From Bacteroidales bacterium (GTDB taxonomy: Bacteria > Bacteroidota > Bacteroidia > Bacteroidales > F082), in assembly GCA_017427985.1 (NCBI GenBank), contig JAFRRS010000013.1, positions 4,565 through 68,564 on the forward strand: 64,000 nt of DNA, in the 5' to 3' direction. The position numbers and the translations under genes are program-made. The number at the start of each line of letters is the position of its first letter. Within the stretch, counting starts at the first letter, position 1. The notes beneath the pieces are model-generated. The model was not told the DNA's origin. It did not search any database and saw only the letters and a list, made by a program, of their open reading frames with translations. Below, piece by piece: positions 26,101 through 32,395 of this stretch.

Positions 26101-27135
26101 CGGCAATGCTATATCGACAGCTTGGATGTGAGCCTTGACGTTCTTGGCATACCAGTCGTCGTCTCCCGAACCCGAGGCGTTGAGGCGAATCACAATGGTG
26201 TCAAATGTCGTGGGCACGATGAGACGGCCGTCGCCAGCACGATAATTCGACTTGAACAATTGTTTTGTGAGGGGGTGGGTCGTTCCGTATCCCCAGGGGT
26301 TGGTAGCGCCTTCATTGCTGCCTACAGTGGTGACGGGGAACGAGTAGTTTCGGTAGGTATCGTCGATGCTTCCGGTATTCATCTCAAATCCTGCCGTGTA
26401 GCGCGAGAGGCTTGGAGTGCCGGGATTACCGTTTTGGGGGTTGAGGGAGGTGCCAGGGCGGCTGTCGCAGCTAACGGTGTTGTCAAACAGTATCTGCAGG
26501 TACTGGTAGCCGTCGTCTGACTCCTTGGCATCGAAGGATAGCGTCATGCGCAACTGGGCACCGATGGCTTGGAAATAGGCCTTGGGTGCGGCATTGTTGA
26601 AATAGTTGCTGCTGAGTGCGTACTTGTATCCGTTGTCTAAATAGCCATCGTCGGTGACCAAATAGGCGCTCGATTGGATGGTGACCGTTTTCTCAGCGAA
26701 GACGCCAGACGTGGGAACACTGGTGCCGTTGGTGAAGGAGCGGTCGTAATAAGCCAGCTGGAATCCGTTGACGTCGAGCACCTCGAAGCGATAGGAACGC
26801 TGACTGGTGCTCTGATATTTGAAAGCCTCGGTACCCGCCGCACTTTCAGTAACTTCCACTATCTTGGTAGTAATGCCTTCAGGGAAGGTGTAGTCGTTGC
26901 TCACTGCAGTGTAGTGCTGTCCGGCATAAGCCGAGAGGTTCACCGTGCGGTATTTGATGGTCTGCTCCGGCAGACTGCTGCCGCTACGCGTGATGGTGAA
27001 CGTGGTTTTGTGGGTGCTGCCGTTGTGCGATGCCTCAATGGTGAAGGTCTGAGCCCAGACAGTCTGTCCAAAAGCGACAGCCGCCATAATCATTATCGTT
27101 GAAATGATCTGCTTGAAAGTAAAAGTTTTTTTCAT
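20134..27135 (-). CDS. giant T9SS-sorted multidomain adhesin-like protein (2333 aa)
   Basis: It has a signal peptide and a Calx-beta-like N-terminus (YRTVNLSAYAGQHYTAV..FPEG). A Listeria/Bacteroides-type repeat is present (GFSFAGWNTQPGG). There are three GLUG modules and BspA-type LRRs (CSSLTTLDLSGWDTSKATDLDGLF). The T9SS C-terminus reads ..LQVFDVMGRMI..GVYILKLNENVQKIIIK. Confidence 0.85.
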   Translation of the reverse strand: MKKTFTFKQIISTIMIMAAVAFGQTVWAQTFTIEASHNGSTHKTTFTITRSGSSLPEQTIKYRTVNLSAYAGQHYTAVSNDYTFPEGITTKIVEVTESAAGTEAFKYQSTSQRSYRFEVLDVNGFQLAYYDRSFTNGTSVPTSGVFAEKTVTIQSSAYLVTDDGYLDNGYKYALSSNYFNNAAPKAYFQAIGAQLRMTLSFDAKESDDGYQYLQILFDNTVSCDSRPGTSLNPQNGNPGTPSLSRYTAGFEMNTGSIDDTYRNYSFPVTTVGSNEGATNPWGYGTTHPLTKQLFKSNYRAGDGRLIVPTTFDTIVIRLNASGSGDDDWYAKNVKAHIQAVDIALPTLFNNSTSYITVSAGPYVKGNTFYISVPFSEIVHVSGAYRKLNTTWGDVEYVAGDYTNVITYKGIINASAGTTLAITGINNSLFNDLSGNYYQGSNSSFNKTFTGVTCTATYTLAATNTSFAGLANEYVVNTTAIEPHPTVYFYKGIMDNSNRVQLTEATNYTLAWANNTSAGNGTVTATGTGSYTGSLSTTFPIRWSTYTFRFNGNGSVVFPVTGTMSDQVFEYGVAQNLTANAFSREGFSFAGWNTQPGGNGDSYSNSQEVLGLTTEDGTIIDLYAQWTTIPWTGSGDSEEDPYVIMYPSQLDLLASNVNGGNEYNNKFFKLGADITYGYEGLDENESNYTPIGTGSYKFHGTFDGDNKTISGIRIYTTNDSQGVFKSVGINGTVKNVVLANSIFKGKTNVGGIAGRNNGILTNCRIEGSVEILPKDYISLYHGGIVGENIGTVSGCISAAIVDRNDMPNVRYYGGIVGANASSGTVKDCIYIGSTVDAYNYYGAIAGTNAGILTNNYYTTEGIWGVGVGIANPSGNDCDGARRARVITLDENIAIAGDQAAYSLSGLTAIGTTALSYNDGTTTTLYSGATQNVKLRYTGVPALGYGCTGFTATNNATVNGNTLTMPDNNVSVSAIVSDVWGVTNTPAADGTEEHPYIITNTTGLDLLAKNVNGIDGYTSNSFNGKHFKLGADITYSYEGLGANESNYTAIGLNKYFCGNFDGNNKTISGIRIRTDKRYQGIFGEVSHGTVKNVILANSIIVGAQNVGGIIGETNHCTVTNCRVENDVTIRLCKDGVSYHGGIVGKQSYGTISGCVSAATLTDGIGSNFGGIAGNTYQGTIKDCIFIGTIHNGGSRGSIVGTNNGGTLTNNYYTSSIGGVNQSDCNGARRARVITLEENIALAGNQTVYSLSGLTAIGNKAISYNNGTTTTIYSGATQNVALSYTGTINTGYNLAYSYDDGSIHAISGNSFEMPASDVTVSATFTDVWGIADGADGSEEHPYIITTTTGLNLLAKNVNGTDSYTANTFYKKHFKLGNDITYSYTTNWDDATSVENNYTSIGNLNNVFHGSLDGCGYTVRGIRIYNTLNDDIGLIGYLGNGTIKNLTLSDTRINGRIRTGGIAGRNYYGTLQNCHVTGTVNIHGSYCDNHGGIAGLNSNAGIITDCTCSASITYGGSDHNGYGGIVGYNYGEIKNCLVLEASIPEVGKYVGAIVGHNRNYLSQNYYYNCTVAGTANASNVGVGSENGGSSASSDQDGARQVYTITLGDDITATATAVASFNDVSYYTTGTEVTLSYTGTVPDEERALFLVNGNYITGNTFVVADEDAIVTVEVLARYTYDSTTGALSLNWGEFNSENKWGDDVVTTEVTSVTATGNVSFTGSCFRLFYFMKNCTSIDLHNVNTDNMTSCHMMFVSNFNLTTINVSGWNTANVTTMEQMFFGCDELTTITGVSEWNTSKVVDMSNMFTGCSSLTTLDLSGWDTSKATDLDGLFSHCTALFSLNISRWNTSAVQDMSYLFSECHQLTTLDLSGWNTSEVRNMACMFLYCYDLTTIYVSTLWNTDKVYIDDSEGMFYACQSLKGGMDTSYDWNNNDVRYAHIDGGYSDPGYLTAAPNTVTLSKDIVGYGADNNVKTGWYLIASPLAGKTWVTNVNNLTSNTYDLYRFNQSAVAEWENYKSHQNDNENPFHALENGQGYLYANSDDVTLNFVGAPYSGDGEVTLTKTDNVDFEGWNLVGNPWGENATVDKDFYCMNAEGSEIIPAMSTTVNAMEGIFVHADADGDVVTFTPSSKNVKGNRGDDASLVINLGKGNGGSVIDRAIVRFDSDRTMTKLQIFDGNTKLYIPQDGRDYAIVGSERQGEMPLNFKAKEMGKYTISVETCHGASLPDVKLFDKIEDVVVDLTENNRYTFIGSPTDRQSRFTIVFAETQNFASLQGHFAYQSGTDLIINGEGELQVFDVMGRMIIQKHVNGAETMCTSSLQTGVYILKLNENVQKIIIK
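20192..20221. repeat. GAGACG-family hairpin H5, a 30-bp perfect palindrome TGCAGAGACGATGTG|CACATCGTCTCTGCA
   Basis: Read directly. It encodes AETMCTSSLQ, at a position homologous to H1. Confidence 0.95.
20330..20359. repeat. GAGACG-family hairpin H6, identical to H2
   Basis: The sequence is TGCAGAGACGCAAAATTTTGCGTCTCTGCA. Confidence 0.95.
20475..20502. repeat. GAGACG-family hairpin H7 (GTAGAGACGCGCCA|TGGCACGTCTCTAC, one mismatch)
   Basis: It encodes VETCHGASL, at a position homologous to H3/H4. Confidence 0.9.
21435..22040 (-). repeat. BspA-type leucine-rich repeat block inside the 2333-aa CDS (approximate bounds)
   Basis: The protein shows repeated ..C..LTT(I/L)(D/N)(L/V)SGW(N/D)TS.V..M..MF units. 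Confidence 0.6.
22160..25260 (-). repeat. three tandem ~1.03-kb GLUG modules inside the 2333-aa CDS (approximate bounds)
   Basis: Each module begins (S/E)EE(D/H)PY(V/I)I... followed by ...LDLLA(S/K)NVNG. Antisense ORFs at 23066 and 24101 share the N-terminus MPFTFLAN and lie exactly 1035 nt apart. Confidence 0.7.
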
Positions 27136-27174
27136 GTATAATTTTTACTATTTATCTTGATTTTTTTGAGGTCG

Positions 27175-27182
27175 CAAAAATA
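27175..27182 (-). promoter_or_regulatory. -7 box TATTTTTG upstream of the 2333-aa gene
   Basis: The reverse complement of CAAAAATA matches the box. It lies 40 nt upstream of the ATG at 27135. Confidence 0.4.
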
Positions 27183-27311
27183 TACCAAAAAAACATCGGG
27201 GATTTTATTCTCGATGTATAACATTTTATTTTACGTGTACAAGGTGTTTTAATTTTTAGAATTGAGACAATAATTTTATTATTTTTGCGCCCTCAAATAC
27301 TAAAAGGAATA

Positions 27312-28346
27312 ATGAAGGAAATGCAGTTTTCGGCAGTGGTGATGACGACGCTGATGGCGTTGGCGCTGGTTTTCATGTTACCGACCAAGGTCCATGAAGA
27401 CCGTGTGGCAAATCGCTCGCGCTGGCTCATGACAGGCGGTCTCGTGCTGATTGGAGTGCAGTTCCTCATCCAATATCTCAGCGGCATGCGCACCTCAAAT
27501 ATGACGCATGCCGTGATGGTGAATCTGGTGCATTTCATCCCCGCCGCAGTGCTGATGTCGCTCAACGTCATCAACCTGGAACGCCAGGGGCGCATCAAAC
27601 GCATCGAATGGATAATCGGCGCGGCGACATGGGTCGTGGCGACGGTGCTTGTGCTCTGCAAATCGCTTGTGGCGGCGAGCGTGATTTACGGAATCATGCA
27701 GATTTACTACAGCTACATACAGCTTCACGAGATGTCGCGCCTCGAGTTCATGCTCGACGAATATTACGACGACGGTCGCCGCGGACTGCTGTGGTGGATG
27801 AAGCTCACCATAGTGAACCTGTCGCTCACCACAGTGATGGTGCCTCTCATGATTTTCAGCCAAGACTGGCTTTTGACGAGCTTCGCCCTCGTTCTCTTCA
27901 TCGGAATATTTTACATGTGGTTCTGCTTCGTGCGCTACGTCGTCTCAGGCGCGTCGAGTCATCTGCAGGAAGCTGAGCAGAGCGCCGAGCAGGAGCAACA
28001 CGAGATATCCGCGACAGCTGAATCGCTGCAAAGAGTTGAAAAAGCCGTGGAAAAATGGACGGCGGCGGGCGGACATCTGCACAGCGGCACCACCAAGCCT
28101 ATGGCGGCACAGGAGATGAAGCTGCCGCAATACCTGTTGTCGGCATGGATCAAGGCGCAAGGCTACGCCTCTTATTCAAAATGGATCACCACATTACGCG
28201 TTGAAGAGGCGAAAAACACCATCAGCGCGCATCCCGAATGGTCAAACGAGGCCGTCGCCGACCACTGCGGCATCAGCCGTTCCCACTTCCAGCGAGTGTT
28301 TCTGGAAATTACTGGCGTGACGCCCACACAGTTTCAGAAAAACTAA
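27312..28346 (+). CDS. membrane-anchored AraC-family transcriptional regulator
   Basis: It has about 6 N-terminal TM helices and a C-terminal AraC HTH (AVADHCGISRSHFQRVFLEITGVTPTQF). The ORF-track TTG start at 27285 overlaps a TATTTTTG -7 box. I therefore prefer the first ATG at 27312. Confidence 0.75.
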   Translation: MKEMQFSAVVMTTLMALALVFMLPTKVHEDRVANRSRWLMTGGLVLIGVQFLIQYLSGMRTSNMTHAVMVNLVHFIPAAVLMSLNVINLERQGRIKRIEWIIGAATWVVATVLVLCKSLVAASVIYGIMQIYYSYIQLHEMSRLEFMLDEYYDDGRRGLLWWMKLTIVNLSLTTVMVPLMIFSQDWLLTSFALVLFIGIFYMWFCFVRYVVSGASSHLQEAEQSAEQEQHEISATAESLQRVEKAVEKWTAAGGHLHSGTTKPMAAQEMKLPQYLLSAWIKAQGYASYSKWITTLRVEEAKNTISAHPEWSNEAVADHCGISRSHFQRVFLEITGVTPTQFQKN

Positions 28347-28350
28347 CTGA

Positions 28351-28815
28351 CTAACTGAACAACTTCAAAAACGCACGACACCCTTCTGTTATATCTCTAA
28401 ACGTTGTCTCAAAATCCCCAGTGTACCACGGGTCTGCCACATCGCGATGCTTGCCTGCGTAGCTCATCATGAGCGAAATTTTATGTTCAGTGTCCTCACC
28501 AAGCATTCTCTTCAAATTTCTTAAATTATTCTCATCCATTGCGATGATGTAATCGTAATAATCATAGTCTTTTCTGGTAATTTGCCTCGCCTGCCGTGAG
28601 TTGAATTTTATGCCTTTTTGAGTCAAAATCCTCTTCGCCGGCGGATAGATGTCATTCCCGATTTCCTCGGTCGATGTCGCCGCCGACGCAATCTCAAACT
28701 CCCCTGCCCTTCCAGCCTTCTCGACCATATCTTTGAAAATAAACTCCGCCATCGGGCTCCGGCAGATATTGCCATGGCAAATAAAAAGAATGCGATGATT
28801 TTGCATAAGAATCAA
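28351..28815 (-). CDS. low-molecular-weight protein-tyrosine phosphatase
   Basis: The P-loop ILFICHGNICRSPMAE (C-X5-R-S) is present. The DPWY acid loop is also there. Confidence 0.9.
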   Translation of the reverse strand: MILMQNHRILFICHGNICRSPMAEFIFKDMVEKAGRAGEFEIASAATSTEEIGNDIYPPAKRILTQKGIKFNSRQARQITRKDYDYYDYIIAMDENNLRNLKRMLGEDTEHKISLMMSYAGKHRDVADPWYTGDFETTFRDITEGCRAFLKLFS

Positions 28816-28819
28816 TCAA

Positions 28820-29233
28820 TTAACAAACCGACAACAATTCTCGTCCTATTTCATGAACGCCATCGACAATACGCTGACGTTGCGCTGGACGCGGATTGCG
28901 CAAGCCGTTGGCATAATGAGATAAAAGCCGTTGGTTTATACCAGTAACACGGCTCAATGCAGCCATTTTTGCATACGGCTCACAAGCATGAAGCAGCGAC
29001 GCCACATCAACATAATTATAATCAAAAGTATAATCGCCTGTGACTAGCCATTGTGGAACGAAATCGCCGTCTTGAAGCATGCCGTCTATATGAAAACGGA
29101 GCGTGTCGGAAATCTCCTTTTTCAACTCATTGATGTCATGAGCGGTAACAACAACAGAACCTGGCACATTATCGCCCAATGCCGCACAGAAGTTCTTCTC
29201 AATCCATTCGATATTAACTTTAATTGTTTCCAT
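28820..29233 (-). CDS. HicB-like antitoxin-fold protein with a C-terminal HTH (orphan)
   Basis: The N-terminus METIKVNIEWIEKNFCAALGDNVPGSVVVTAHDINELKKEI resembles HicB/UPF0150-type proteins. The C-terminus LSRVTGINQRLLSHYANGLRNPRPAQ looks like an XRE-like HTH. The assignment is from memory only. Confidence 0.4.
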   Translation of the reverse strand: METIKVNIEWIEKNFCAALGDNVPGSVVVTAHDINELKKEISDTLRFHIDGMLQDGDFVPQWLVTGDYTFDYNYVDVASLLHACEPYAKMAALSRVTGINQRLLSHYANGLRNPRPAQRQRIVDGVHEIGRELLSVC

Positions 29234-29376
29234 AAAATATATCAAAATATCAATCCACCCATTAAATTAACGATGCAAAGATATAAAAAATAATATCATG
29301 AAAAGAATTTCTTGAAAAATTTTTGCCAAAACAAGATTTTCCACGCAGTGATTGGAAAATCTCTGGCCACATGCAT

Positions 29377-29418
29377 AAAAAAACTGTGCCACACTAACAG
29401 TTTTGTAGAATGGCACAG
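29377..29418 (-). terminator. rho-independent terminator after the 71-aa gene
   Basis: The minus-strand RNA reads CUGUGCCA-(19-nt loop)-UGGCACAG followed by U7. Confidence 0.6.
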
Positions 29419-29455
29419 TTTGGTTTACACTTCTAAATTAACATTTAGTTGATGC

Positions 29456-29671
29456 TTATTTTTTCGAAACATCAAACCAAGCTTTGTTAACGCATGTTTT
29501 GGACAAATCTTGACCATACTTGTTTTTAAAGGCATCAAATACTTTCTGTTTACCTTCGTTCGTGTTAAACAAATTGCCAAATGTGTCGTCAATCTCAACC
29601 GACGCTCCTGGTGACAGCTTCACTCCGTTTGAATTAACCACACTTTTTAATAATACTTTAAATAAACCCAT
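29456..29671 (-). CDS. small conserved-looking protein (71 aa), function unknown
   Basis: The ORF reads MGLFKVLLKSVVNSNGVKLSPGASVEI...YGQDLSK. It resembles a small Bacteroidota family (DUF6140-like, from memory) and has its own terminator. Confidence 0.45.
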   Translation of the reverse strand: MGLFKVLLKSVVNSNGVKLSPGASVEIDDTFGNLFNTNEGKQKVFDAFKNKYGQDLSKTCVNKAWFDVSKK

Positions 29672-29734
29672 AATATAAATTATTAAATACCCTACTCACT
29701 TTAATATCGGCTTTTCGGACACTCCGATAATATA

Positions 29735-30265
29735 TTATTCTATACCTCTCGATGAAATCACTTCCGTTATATCTGGATTAAAAATAACTTCGACTTTAAC
29801 ATAGCCTTCACCATAAAATGTCTTTGCCTTGCATCTTAATAATGCCTTATAACCTAACATATATGGTTCAAAATTATTTTTGAAATCGTTTGCTTTATGT
29901 ATACAACCATCTCTTGCCTCCACGCATTTATAATACATTTCATAAGCTTTTTCTATTTCCTCCTCAGAACTCGACGAACGCCATTTTGTTAATTTATTAT
30001 AGTAATAATCTACGTAATCCACAAAAGAATTGTAGTCCTCTTCAATTTTTTGATATTCTGGATCTTCTGTGTAGTCATTTATATACACCGGTTCTATTTT
30101 ATTTATTTCAATATTAGTAATCTCTGTGTTTTCTTCTTCAAAGATATAGTTCTTAAATAGTTTTTTCATTCTTCGTTCAGTAGAATTACATGAAGCCAAA
30201 GCGATTAACATTATTAATGCTACAAATAGCATGATCATGTTTTTAGAAATTAGTGTGTTTTTCAT
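29735..30265 (-). CDS. lipoprotein of unknown function
   Basis: 176 aa with a lipobox LIALASC. The gene is AT-rich. Confidence 0.6.
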   Translation of the reverse strand: MKNTLISKNMIMLFVALIMLIALASCNSTERRMKKLFKNYIFEEENTEITNIEINKIEPVYINDYTEDPEYQKIEEDYNSFVDYVDYYYNKLTKWRSSSSEEEIEKAYEMYYKCVEARDGCIHKANDFKNNFEPYMLGYKALLRCKAKTFYGEGYVKVEVIFNPDITEVISSRGIE

Positions 30266-30346
30266 TTGATTTAATTTTTTAGTTAAACATTAATTTGATT
30301 GTTACCTTAGTTTTGACAATAAAAAAAACCGTGAAACTTTTTGTTC

Positions 30347-30460
30347 TGAAACTGAGGTTCGGCAAAACCTTTACTACTGAACAAGAAAGCCCACGGTAAT
30401 CGTGAGCGTTTCTCCTTTCTTGAAGTAGTAAAGAACTAAAATTTGCCGATTTCAGTTTCA
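30347..30460. other. 114-nt long imperfect hairpin (candidate sRNA, leader structure or MITE-like element)
   Basis: Nested complementary arms were read by eye: TGAAACTGA/TCAGTTTCA, TCGGCAAA/TTTGCCGA, CTTTACTACT/AGTAGTAAAG, CAAGAAAG/CTTTCTTG and CACG/CGTG. Confidence 0.7.
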
Positions 30461-30545
30461 ACAAGAAAGCGAAAACGCCTTTTTATATGTCTTTAAATTC
30501 TTTTACTTTTTTCTGTTTCTTATTATTCTTTTTAGATTTAACCCT

Positions 30546-30591
30546 GCAAAGATAGGGATTTTTTTGAACAAAACAAAAATATTTTTGAAAA
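30546..30591 (-). promoter_or_regulatory. promoter module copy 1 (-7 box TATCTTTG at 30547-30554)
   Basis: The sequence is GCAAAGATAGGGATTTTTTTGAACAAAACAAAAATATTTTTGAAAA. About 90 percent of it recurs at 31980-32026. Confidence 0.5.
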
Positions 30592-30605
30592 AGTGGCTGA
30601 CAATT

Positions 30606-30678
30606 CGAAAAAACAAAATCCAACCGCCTTTTTAGTAGAGTAGCACCGTAATCGGGTTAGCAAACTACAAAGGCGGTT
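30606..30678 (-). terminator. putative terminator of the DUF1016 gene
   Basis: AACCGCCTTT (30622-30631) pairs with AAAGGCGGTT (30669-30678). A T-rich run follows on the minus strand. The 37-nt loop is large. Confidence 0.4.
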
Positions 30679-30837
30679 TCTCTTTTATATCACCACACTA
30701 ATATTCTCCGTTATCTCTCCGTTTCCGAATGGCATTATATCCTATTTCAGGCAATGGAGTTTGTTGCCCTCCAATTTGAGTGATGTCATCACAAAATGTG
30801 ATGAGATACCAGCATTACACGTTGTCTTCACAACTCA

Positions 30838-31866
30838 TCAGCCTTGGACAATCCTTTTTAGTTCCTCCTCGGTTGGCATATATAATTTGTATTGAGAAGA
30901 GAAAAGCTGTTTGCTTTCTGAAAGCATTGAATACTCGACAACTGTCTTGTCATTTTGCGAACATAATATAATACCAATAGTTGGATTGTCGGTTTCTGTT
31001 CGTTTCTGTTTCTCATAAAGTCGCACATACATATCCATCTGGCCGACATCCTGAGGCGTCAAAACACCAGTTTTCAAATCAATCAAAACAAAGCATTTCA
31101 AAATATAATTGTATAAAACCAAATCAACGTAGTAATGCTTTCCTGCTTCGGTCGTTATTCTCTGCTGTCGAGCTACAAAAGCAAATCCTTTGCCAAGTTC
31201 AAGCAGGAAATCCTGAAGCTTGCTTATCAAAGCCTTCTCCAAATCGGCTTCCAGATAATCGGAATTCTCTTTAATATCAAGAAATTCAAGAACATAAGGG
31301 TCTTTCAAAAGTTTTGAAGGAGATACATTGACATTATTCTTTTCTGCTTCGTGTTTGACAACATCCTTGTTATGGCTTGCAAGCAGTCGCTGATAATAAA
31401 ATGAGTTTATTTGTCTTTCAAGTTGTCGCGAACTCCAGCCGTTATCTGCAGCCTCTTTTAGATAAAACGTTCTAACTTTTTCATCTTCAACACGAAGCAA
31501 AAGGCGATAATGTGTCCAACTCAATTCGCCACGCAGTGCGTGACCAATTGGAAACATCATATAAAACTGCCTGATATACTTCAAGTTAGTTATTCCAAAT
31601 CCTTTACCAAACTCTTTTGTTAAAGCAACAGATAATTTCTCAATAATTTGTTTGCCATATTCAGCACGACCACTACCATTCTGTTCCTGCATCACAATTC
31701 GTTTCCCTATCAGCCAATAAGCCTGAACCATAGCAGTATTTACACTGCTTGCCACGTATTTTCGTGCAGCGTGCAAAATGTTACTGATGTCGTTGATGTA
31801 ATCCGTTGTTTCTTTGATGTTTAATAACGAAACATCTTTCTTTTCGTAAAACTCATTTTTTGCCAT
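30838..31866 (-). CDS. PDDEXK nuclease-fold protein, YhcG/DUF1016 family (copy 1)
   Basis: The C-terminal core reads YYVDLVLYNYILKCFVLIDLKTGVLTPQDVGQMDMYV...PTIGIILC. Confidence 0.75.
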   Translation of the reverse strand: MAKNEFYEKKDVSLLNIKETTDYINDISNILHAARKYVASSVNTAMVQAYWLIGKRIVMQEQNGSGRAEYGKQIIEKLSVALTKEFGKGFGITNLKYIRQFYMMFPIGHALRGELSWTHYRLLLRVEDEKVRTFYLKEAADNGWSSRQLERQINSFYYQRLLASHNKDVVKHEAEKNNVNVSPSKLLKDPYVLEFLDIKENSDYLEADLEKALISKLQDFLLELGKGFAFVARQQRITTEAGKHYYVDLVLYNYILKCFVLIDLKTGVLTPQDVGQMDMYVRLYEKQKRTETDNPTIGIILCSQNDKTVVEYSMLSESKQLFSSQYKLYMPTEEELKRIVQG

Positions 31867-31979
31867 ACTTTTTTATTTTTTAATTATTAAACAATAAAAT
31901 ATACTATCGCAATCATGCGAATCCTCATCCCATTCAATCTGTTTTACGATGCTATTTTAGTTTCGATTCTAATTCAAGC

Positions 31980-32026
31980 GCAAAGATAGGGATTTTTTTT
32001 GAACAAAACAAGGCTATTTTTGAAAA
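31980..32026 (-). promoter_or_regulatory. promoter module copy 2 (-7 box TATCTTTG at 31981-31988)
   Basis: It matches 30546-591 in the same orientation. It lies upstream of the DUF1016 copy 1 start. Confidence 0.5.
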
Positions 32027-32031
32027 TTGTT

Positions 32032-32262
32032 GAGATTCCTCGCACTTCGTGCTCGGAATGACAAATCATTATTAATTAATTCTGTGGCGCGGCATGCGAG
32101 AACCCGCTAATTCAAAGGAACCATCAAGCCGCGCCTTAATGATACCACCATTATACCTGTCATTCCGAGCGCAGCGAGGAATCTCAATTTGTTTGTCGGA
32201 GATTTCTCCGCTTCGCTGCGGTCGAAATGACGAGTTGAAAATATTGCTTTAGTCGAAATGAC
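32032..32262. repeat. cluster of REP-like units (GAGATTCCTCGC..CGGAATGACA types)
   Basis: Units 32032-32063 and 32158-32185 form an inverted pair. The pair encloses a GGCGCGGC/GCCGCGCC stem. A GAGATTTCTCCGC..GGTCGAAATGAC unit lies at 32199-32231, with a partial copy at 32252-32262. Confidence 0.8.
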
Positions 32263-32273
32263 GGCTGGAAGTG

Positions 32274-32318
32274 CAATCCTGTTAATCTTGTTAATCCTGT
32301 CTAAAAAATCAATCCTGT
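32274..32318 (+). repeat. 9-nt tandem repeat CAATCCTGT TAATCTTGT TAATCCTGT CTAAAAAAT CAATCCTGT
   Basis: Read directly from the sequence. Confidence 0.85.
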
Positions 32319-32367
32319 CAGAAGAAATTTTTTCTGCTTTTTCTGTTGTTTCTGCGTGAGAATTTAT

Positions 32368-32375
32368 TAATTTTG
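32368..32375 (+). promoter_or_regulatory. -7 box TAATTTTG for purL
   Basis: It matches TAnnTTTG and lies 20 nt upstream of the ATG at 32396. Confidence 0.5.
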
Positions 32376-32395
32376 CGCCTTGAAAATTTCATATC

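Noticed and set aside
27293-28160. Several 64-122-aa ORFs on both strands inside the AraC-type regulator gene
   Set aside because: They are Arg/His/Ala-rich translations typical of off-frame reading of a GC-richer gene. The in-frame membrane-plus-HTH protein explains the region.
29234-29455. Search for a HicA-type toxin partner next to the HicB-like gene
   Set aside because: There is no small ORF with a HicA-like sequence on either side. The upstream 71-aa gene has its own terminator and a different family resemblance. The HicB-like gene is therefore treated as an orphan, and its assignment is tentative.
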